Assembly (NCBI RefSeq): GCF_037042905.1
Contig: NC_087245.1
Coordinates: forward strand, 24,492,001 to 24,556,000
Length of the DNA stretch: 64,000 bases
Reading direction: 5' to 3'
DNA from: Lytechinus pictus
Lineage: Eukaryota
A model generated the notes under the pieces. The model had not been told where the DNA came from, did not search any database, and worked only from the letters and a program-made list of their open reading frames with translations. This document shows positions 54,715-64,000 of the stretch, piece by piece. Made by a program: the position numbers and the translations under genes. Within the stretch, counting starts at the first letter, position 1, and every line of letters begins with the position of its first letter.

Positions 54715-55831
54715 GTTCATAGATATGTTTGCCGGCAGATACAGATGAAATCCAATGTTCCAGTAAAAGTGATATTAATTCACAAAGTTTTCGAAACCAA
54801 AAAATACTTTTTTGAAATTCAGTTCGTGCCAAAAGGTTATGATTTGCGAGATTTGCCTTTTAACCCAACACGTGATCTTTTATAATCATTTATATTTTTT
54901 TCCAACAGGGGTAAATAACAAAAATAATGTTTCTCTTAATTCATTCGCCAAAAGGAATTCACGAGGTAAAATTGCTTGACAGATTACACTTTGAATAGGT
55001 ACTCCATTTTAAGAACATGTATTCGATGAAATTCTTCCATCTCTGTGGATTTTTAAGTGAATTTCTTATCCCGAGGGTGTGAATATCTTTGAATACATTT
55101 GCGTATGGGATGGCTCTATCGTTGTTCTGGTTTCGATGTCGAATGCATCACTGGGAGTTTTCATATCTCAATCGGAGATGTATTTGCCCGAGTCCTTTTT
55201 TCATTGTTGATTGAGTACACCCGCGACACGGGAGCAATGAGCCTTGGTTCAGTATACCATTGACCTGTCTTCAATCCATCGTTTGGTCAGTAATCCGTCA
55301 ATGTCAGCAAGAGCCAAGAGTCTTCATAGACCACCATCCAACCTATATCCTCCAGGTGTAGAGACTAAATGAACGATCACTCTTTAAGCCTTCAGTGAAA
55401 ATTAGGCATCTTTTCCATCGACTCAGTTCACGGGTTCCCGACGGTCATATTTGCTCAGACGTATGTTTCTTTCTTTTTACTTTTTTTTAGAGACTTGAGG
55501 TTCGTGGCACCAATAACTGATGACTTTGAAGCCGTGAAGTACAATGAAAAAAGGACGCCTCAACTAAAAATTGTTTGATGTTAAATCAACTCGGCTTATG
55601 GGGTCTTTGGGAATTAAACGTGTAAACCTTGGGTAACTTGTAACGTTTTGTTACATGCTGCAAGCAGTAAGCGTCTTAAAGACCTCATTAATAGTACCTG
55701 AAATTTTCCCGGGAGATAAATTAATTCATCATGTTTTTGTGAAGCCCTATCGATGATGAAATATATGTGAAATATTTTAATAACATACAATTGGTTTTCA
55801 TGCATTTATGTTCCTTTCGTACAGCCATTCA

Positions 55832-56234
55832 GTGTAAATTGCCAATGCGACTGCTGCCAAGTCGTCCACTCACCACATGGTCTACTTTTATTTAGTCTAA
55901 TGCGATTCCGTCCATCAACATTTCGTCTAACAACCATTTGGTCCAATCATCACTTCGTCTAATCACCATTTCGTCTATGACCATTTCGTCTCATAACCAG
56001 TTGGTCTAATATCCATTTCATTTTCATTCATTTTACATAATTAACACTAAGTCCAATTATACCAAATGGTGTATGGACTAAATGGCTGTTGGACCAACTG
56101 GTTATTAGACGAAATGGTGAGTGTACGAAATGGCAATTAGACCATGTGGATAGTGGACGAACTGATGGTAGACCAAATGATAGTAGACGAGTTGGCAATT
56201 GGACGAATTGGCTTGGACGAATTGGAAATAAACC
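55832..56234. mobile_element. Foldback element with ~16-bp tandem repeats in inverted arms
   Basis: Left arm repeats ccatttcgtcta and right arm repeats tagacgaaatgg; 8-bp TSD gccattca / gcccttca (one mismatch). Confidence 0.75.
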
Positions 56235-58212
56235 GCCCTTCAGTACCACCCCAATGAATCAAAATCAACCCCTCTACCTTTGTAAGTTAATATGGCTGGT
56301 GAAAATTGGGTCTTGCCTGTCAGAGAAAGCCACCCCCCCCCCCCCCAAAAAAAAAAAAAGTAATGCGATTAACTTTTCTAACCAAAGCACTAAACACAGT
56401 CGCACTTTTAGCATGTTGGGATTGATGTGCACTTCCTGTTTTTCTTGTCGAGTTTGACAAGGCACCTCACATATCGACAGTGCATAATTATGCGGGTAGA
56501 ACATGTTCATATCTTACTTGGATTTCTGAATAGCTCGAATTAACAATCAATAGGACTGTAAGCATGGTAAGTCGATTTACATCAGTAATTTTCCTGTATT
56601 TCCATGCCGACGTCAACAATACCATTATTAGTGTCTTATTGTGCCGTATCCTAGCGATCAACATCATACAGTCTACGATTGATTAGTCGAAGTTAAAGGA
56701 GTTCATTTTAAACTTTCATCTGTATAGCCTTTTGCCATTTTTATTGACTGTCGCTTGATTTGATTGATGATCCTCTTCGTCGATTATATTGTCAATTTGA
56801 GAGGCATTGAAATAAAGGACGATGTAGTACAAAAGATAAAATGTAATAGCGATAAACAACAACAACAGAGTAAAAACTGTAGAATCACGTCATCACCTCA
56901 AATGAAACGAAAGGGATGGGAGGAGAAGCAGGCATGATTGTGATGGGCACGCGTTCGTGATACATGTAGGCGAGGTTTGGTGGGGCAATACCTCACTGTC
57001 AAACCCTGTTGAAATTGAGATGGCAAGGATGAGGAGTCTATGTGGTTTTGTTTACTCATTTCATATGTGAGATATTGGTTATAGACTGCAAGATGATAGT
57101 TTCCATGGGGTCAACAACCGTTTCGTGTATGAGTCGGGTTGGGGCAAGGATGGCGACGGGCGACCAGTGCTAGAACCACAGAACCACTTTATACAAAGTG
57201 GTCAGATATCGTCCACCAGTTGCTCTCGTTTTCATTGCCTGGTTTATCAATTCTAGTTCAGATCCTTAATATTTAGTCTTAAAAAGAATAATAATAAAAA
57301 CATTACCGCATTTTGCATACATGTATCTCGATGGAAAAAATGGTGTGTTTTTTTTTTTTATCTACGAGCATACTTTTGCAACAAGCGTAAGCAATTAGGA
57401 TGGGGAAAAAGTCTTATTCATCTTTTAATATGTCTCTCTTTATATTGGTTAAGAAATGATTTCGAAACCTTGAGGTTACGATAGAAGGCTGAAAATGCAA
57501 GACCTTTGAACACATCTCAAACCCTTAGAAGAACCATGAACATGACGAACAGTCATCTATGCAAATGATATTTGGTTAAAAAAAACAGAGATCAATCTAT
57601 ACACATCGTTAAAAAATGGAGGGAATGGAGAAAAGAGGTCGAACATGTCAAAGGCTCTCATTGGATGTTATTACCATCTGCCCTCAAACATGCACTAACT
57701 CTGATTGAATGGTTCTAAGATCCTGACAACTTCAGATAAGGTTCCGAGAGATTCTCACTCGTATCCCACTTTTGTACTTCTTACGTTTCACATCATATAA
57801 AATTCGCCAATCTGTTGGCGCTCGAATTTCTCGGGAGTGGAAATCCTCCATTATAATCACCACTAATTAGTATTGTTGGAATCCGTGCTCCGACTTAAAC
57901 AGACAAAACCACGGTTTGGCATCTCCTTCAAGATCATAATGAGGACTGAGTCCCTCAGGTGTGTCGGGTTTCATTTGTTGATCCCCGCAAGGCAAGGGAC
58001 TAGCAGGAAAACATGTGCTACTTTAAGTCAGTCTCAGTATCCGCTCACAATCAGTGCTAAACTCTGATCGTAGGTTCATGCAAGATACGTGAAGAGCACC
58101 CTTTTTCTCGTGTCCTCATTTTTCTTCACCGCCATATTCTTCTCTGCGCTGCACTTCGGTTTTCCTTGAGACAACAAGGATCAGCACCGGTTATTACGTT
58201 CAAGCAGACCAG

Positions 58213-58398
58213 GGGGGCGGTTCACAAAGCTGTTCGTAAGTTAAGAGTGACTTTAAGAACGACTGTTGATTTTTTTCTTGTGTTAAATGATATTCACCAT
58301 TAAATGATCATTGGTGATTATATAGCGCGTAAGAAAGTTTCACCAGTCGTTCTTAAAGTCGCTCTTGAAACTTACGAACAACTTTATGACACACCCAC
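58213..58398. mobile_element. Harbinger-type MITE family A
   Basis: Ends gggcggttcacaaagctgttcgtaag / cttacgaacaactttatgacacaccc, flanked by CAG and CTG. Confidence 0.8.
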
Positions 58399-58401
58399 CT
58401 G

Positions 58402-58558
58402 GGGAGTGTTTCATCAACATTTTCATCCGACAAGTTGTCTGATCTGACATCTTTCTCTGATGTTGATTGGCTGAGAGGTACTGTTACTATGGTAACTGTC
58501 GGATAAAATGGGACTTGTCGGATAAAACGTCCGACAAGTCCTTTCATGAAACGCTCCC
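58402..58558. mobile_element. Harbinger-type MITE family B (inverted copy of 12919-13064)
   Basis: TIR GGGAGTGTTTCAT / ATGAAACGCTCCC; TSD CTG at 58399-401 and 58559-61. Confidence 0.85.
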
Positions 58559-61500
58559 CTGAAGAAAGTGCCTGACTTCTGTTGTTTACTTCGTTCATTG
58601 TTCTTTGTATTGGAAATGTTTTAGACATGAGTGATGAAAGGGGTAGGTATTACACAAATAGATGATATATCTTTTGAATAACTTAAATAAGACATAATGT
58701 TGTAAGACACATATAGAAAAAACAGGCGTTTGGGTACATGAAAAAGCTAGACATTGGGAAAGAGAGGGAGATGAAGCATGAAACGTTCGGAGACGTTTAA
58801 TGGGTCAATTGGTCACGGATAGCTGTTTTAAGCTACTAAAATCTCTTCACCTGATTGGCGGAAATATTTTCTTCTGCAAAAAACACTGACAGGCAGTTTC
58901 ATGAAATGCTACCTTAACTTGTTCTTTTGCTGCATCAACCTTTATGATGAGAAGAGGAAAGTGGTGAATATCAAATCTCTCTCCCATTAAAATGTTAATC
59001 AGTAAGAATTGTTGTTGTTTTGAAATTGCATTGAATGTTAATGAGCCAGAATATTGGGAACAACACAAATAAAACATTAATAAGAAGTGCCCGCCAATTC
59101 GCCAAATAACCTCTAGCTATACGAAGATAACAAGTAGAAAAAATAGTATTGACGTTAGAAAAAAAGAGACATTAAACATGAATGGCAAATACATGTATAT
59201 GGATTTGGTAAGGAAATGTGTCTTGCTTAGAACAATGTTGACAAGTCAAGAAGTGGATTTACAAGATGGTATTTATGATACAGTTATCAAGTTCTATCAA
59301 AATCATAGTATCGATGAAAGGGAGGAGAGAATGTGATTAAGACAGAATTCAGTGGTGAAAGAAGTGATGATAAAGGATTGCATGAAAAGTAGGATATGAT
59401 TATTTGCGTTGTTTTTCCCCCAGTTCGAATACAGGGGATGGACGTACTCTCTCGTGACAGTATGTTTTGACCATGTTATCCGTTCAAAATTCTATGTCAA
59501 AATCTAGTCTTCTGTTATTCAAAATATTATGGGAATTTCCTTTCGATTCATTCTCTTTGATACTTACCCTTGAAAATAATTTTATCTTGGTTTTATACTC
59601 ATCACATTGCGTGCAAGGAATAAAAGTTAATCTGGTTTTAACGTAGTGTATCGTTTAAAATCACAAATAAACAGTACGAGTGTATGCCTATTGACAATGA
59701 TGTCCAGGATTTAAAGAAATGTTTAATGATCCTTCTTAGCGGAAAGTGAAAAGTTGATACGATCGTGGTCGTATACGTAACAAATTGTTTTCTGACATTC
59801 AAAATAAAAGAAAGTACACACGACTTTTTCACAAAAACATTCTGTTTAATATGTATGACTCTATGATCTATGAAACAGCTCGATAAACTTTGATGTTGTT
59901 GGATCCAATATTATACCTTCAATATTCTTTAAAACATATATGAACTTTTGAAGACCTTTTAAATAAATACATTAGTCTTAATCATCCTGATCATATCATG
60001 TCAATCCATTATGATTTTACTGGAATATCATTTTTAAAAATGCTTCATTGATTAGAATGTGTCAATCAAGCTACAAATAAAAATATAGATTAGCAATCTC
60101 TGCGATCCAATTAATAGCATTTCATTTGTTGAAAAATTAATTGTAATGCAACCTCAAAACCTTAATCCGATCTAAGAGCGGGCAGGTTCGTGATTGTTTG
60201 TTTTTGTTTCTTTTTTTTGTTTGTTTGTGTGTGTTTTTGTTTTGTTTTGGGGGGCTCCTTTATCTACGACATTATACTTTGTATATTTGGATTCCTATAA
60301 TAACTTGAGATAACTGTGAACGACAGGCAGAGAGCTTTCAGTGATCTATAATACTTTCCTGCTTATAGGTGTAGCGCATAGCATTCCAAATCGATGTAAT
60401 TTAGCCAGTGTGTGACATTAAAAGAGAGTGGTCAGGGGAAGCTCGTTGGTAATACCAGCCTGAACTAGATGGTCATAGCGGTGTGGGTGAACTAAAGAGG
60501 GCTCGTATTAAGGGAAGGTGAGAAGCATGGAAAGTGAATGTATGGAAGAGGAGAACACTAAGCAGACCCAATGGGGAGGTAGAGGCAGACCCCCCCCCCC
60601 CCACCTTTATGTGAAAACAGACCCAAAAAGAGAAGGAGTGATAAAGGATACAATTAACCACACCCCTCAAAATATAGAAAATGTGTAAGAAAATGAATAA
60701 ATCATTACTCCGTCTGCAATAACGATCTCTGAAACTGCACTGTCTTAACGATGTAAATGGGGGGAGTTCCCGGGGCCTATTCCCCTACGAAAAGTTGACG
60801 GTCTTGCCCTTTATTTTCACTTACGCACACCCCCTTTTCGAGGACCTCTTTCCCTTGCCTTCACGTTGAGATATTTCGTTGCCCTCGAACACTTTCATAT
60901 GCGAGAGGAACGGCTAAAGTTAAATACGCCTAATTCAATGAATTTGTCCCCCAATTCAAGGCGATAAGCTAGAGGGTATTAAGTTAATCCTCATGAAGGG
61001 AACATTGGGTCTCTCACAATTAATTGGGGACATCGCATTATCTTAAAGTATCTAAATAGATCTCGCAGACAAGGTGCTTCCCTGAGAGACTGGGCATCCA
61101 ATTTCTTAATTGTTCACTCGATATTTAGGTAGATTAAATTCATATGCAGTGAACTCATGAGTGCGTTGTTACAGTTTGAACGTACTAGCAGGTTTGAATT
61201 CAAGTTTTAGTTAACTGACTCGAGCATGATACTTGTCTATGATCGAGATGAGTCTGTAGCAATATGGTATCAATCGGTAATCGTGACCAACACATGACTA
61301 TTAAACTTTCAATATCACATTAGGCTAAAACATATCTTTATATCACTGGGATTTGCGATCAATCTTCCGCAGGAAAATGCAAACTATCAATAGTACAACT
61401 TTCGCATACGTCATGTACTTATACGGATATGTCGTATAGAATGGTAACTGTATTCCATTTCAAACAGGGAGTTTGAGGAATTTACTGGAATGGGGACAAA

Positions 61501-64000
61501 AACACTAGAGTCTTAGAAGACCTAATTCATATAACTTTGAGGGGTGGAATCTTGCAAAATGGGAGAGATGAAACCGTTTATTTCGTTTTGAGAAATTTGC
61601 CATATGTCATTTTCGAAAACATCGGTATATTTTTAATTATCACGTATTGGATGATGGCACATTATACTGATCGTCAAGCTATGCCTGACTTTAAGAATGA
61701 CTTGAATAGAAGATACCAAAAATCGTGTATCAACGGTTTTCCCAGGCTTTTCGACAGAACGTGACTGAATTTCCAATTTGTTTGTCCTGAAGTGTAGCAT
61801 AAAATATATAATTTGCATGGTTTAATAATTGTTAACCTGTTGCCTACTGGAACCAGTAGGCCCGTGATCAAAGTCCAAGGAACATACACACTTCTTGTCT
61901 CTCTAGCAAAACCCATCTCTTTGAGAAATCCATTTGCCTATTTCAGTCGTTCGTGATGTCATGCATTGCTTTACAAACAGCTCTATGAAACATGATTCTG
62001 CGTTTCTATGGGACAATTATGAGTACGTCAACACGTCAATGTCAAAGTGTAATATTTCCATTGATCTTTCTATTCCAATGCAGAGGGCATTGTTTCCCTT
62101 CTATTCCGCGCCGTCCGTGATCGCTCGTCCCAAATCAAAGAGATGCGACATCGACGATTAGCGCCAAAGCTTTGATGGGTGCTCCGATGACAGTATCGTT
62201 GTCCTGATCCATACACTTCCAGGAAGATTAATATCTCTGTATTAAGAGTTCCCTGAAATGCATCCTTTCTGGATGGACGTGTATATTCCGCGCTAGTGAG
62301 GTTGATTCTCTAATTGCAGTGTTTGATGATGCCAAAGGCTAGGCATGCTCTATGATCTTGTGTCAATCACTGAAGTTACGTCAGAGATGATGAATTATAA
62401 ATAAGGATAGACTGGTAAGCTCTAAGGTCGTATGGCAAAACTTCCTTACGATCATACATCCTTGATGACAAATATAAGAACATATCCTCAACCTTCATAC
62501 AATTGATTTAGTGCATATTTCTCAGGGTAGTTTAGAACAGGCATTGCTACCACAAAGATTACTCTTTGACTGTAGAGCAATCAAGTCAGGAATACACATT
62601 GGGATATTTTTCTTTGATTCACACCTTTTACCATGTTTACAGAAATTCATCGTCATTAACTTTGGGAATCATATATCGTTGGTTTTTATTGATAAAAATA
62701 CAATAACCTAATAATTTATAAAAGGCTAAAATAAAAGCTAAGTTTTTAAACATCCGTGCATCCTTTACATTGACCGATGTGAAAACTTTCTTCGAAAAGG
62801 TCGTAAGATTTTAAGAAATAGTAGTAGTGATGTCAATTCATACAAAGTATCCTCCATTTATTTCCTAGTTGACAACTCAGTGTACGAACATCGCCTTAAA
62901 TGCCCATGACATTTACACTAATTGAGGGTAATGACTGTTTGATAGGAAATGTAGTTAAAGAGATCATCCTTAATGTGGACAATAATTACACTGATACCAT
63001 GGCAACGATGACTGTTTTTATCTATATATAAAAAGACACAATTATAACATCTTTATTAAGAGCGAGGACTGAACCTCGGTCTATACATTTTGGTCAATTA
63101 AATAGGTTGTTTATCTACACATATGGCAACTGTAAGCAGGGCAAGGGTCTCTGTTGTAAGTGTATGTTGTCTTGATAGAATTAAATTAAGAAATAGAAGT
63201 TAGAGAGCTGGTCGAAGGAAGAAAGACAAAGGAACGACTGTCTGCTCTTTGGCAGAAAGAATTTATCTGACAGGCCTGGTTGTACATATAGGCCTACCTA
63301 CATTCATTTTGGTCAGAAATAGTAGGTGTCCGCCTAACGTTCAGTCCATATCGCGTGTCTGAGGTCACGTCGAGCAAATGATAAGGTTAACCAAATATCT
63401 TCTCTTTGTTTCATTCAAAGCACCGATCTCGTAATTAACCTTTTTTTATCTGCGAGGTTCGTGATTACCATTAACCCACTTTTTTCATCAATATAAAGAG
63501 ATGATGAATTTACTTTGTGGTGTATTTATTATCAACTTTTTGTTGGAGGCAGAATATAAACGTTTTCAAACGTCATTGAGGAGTCTTTCAATCTGTATCG
63601 CAGATCATATTCAACGAAAGTCGCATTTCAGATCGAAGTTTGCTGTATCTTCTGTGCTTCCAAATGAGTTTATGTCGTCGTTTTCTTGACTTGACATTAT
63701 TGTCCTATTTATTAAGTAAATATGAATGTCCTGACTTCTGTTTGAGGTTATGGCATTTTGCAAGGTGTTGATGATGACGATGATGATGATGATGTTGAGT
63801 TATTATGCCTTTTCTAATTTTTCGTCTAGCTTCACGTCACGAGTTGTGTCTGAGATCATGAGATTTGACAAAGCTAATAAAAACCTTTCAAATAAGGATC
63901 ATGGGATAAAAATCAACACACACATATTCCCTGCAAGCAACATACTCCTGGGTTGGATCACGGAGCCCTGTTCATAGGACCATGAACCTGAATTGCTGCG

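Overview
AT-rich, repeat-dense eukaryotic genomic DNA, most likely a sea urchin (inferred from the gene and repeat types). Only one host gene is supported: a minus-strand, multi-exon neuropeptide precursor that the ORF track captures only in part. Coding exon A (21011-20843) splices across an 18-kb phase-1 intron to coding exon B (2862-2729), giving a 100-aa preproprotein: signal peptide, acidic pro-region, KR, GSVKHLGLANVDNWRMMKNVNRLRNLLNS, G-KR, SDQQMES. This predicts a 29-aa C-terminally amidated peptide, which from memory resembles the orphan S. purpuratus precursor Spnp10. A 3'UTR exon starts at 1874 and a candidate promoter lies at about 21.8 kb. The rest is intron or intergenic DNA holding a 4.7-kb Academ-like foldback element with YY1-motif arrays, MITEs (Tc1/mariner-, Harbinger-, hAT-, Merlin-, Kolobok- and CACTA-like), tRNA-derived SINEs, decayed LINEs, a Penelope-like hairpin with a hammerhead-like core, and mini/microsatellites. 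Repeat family names come from termini and target-site duplications (TSDs) read by eye, not database searches, and boundaries of decayed elements are approximate.
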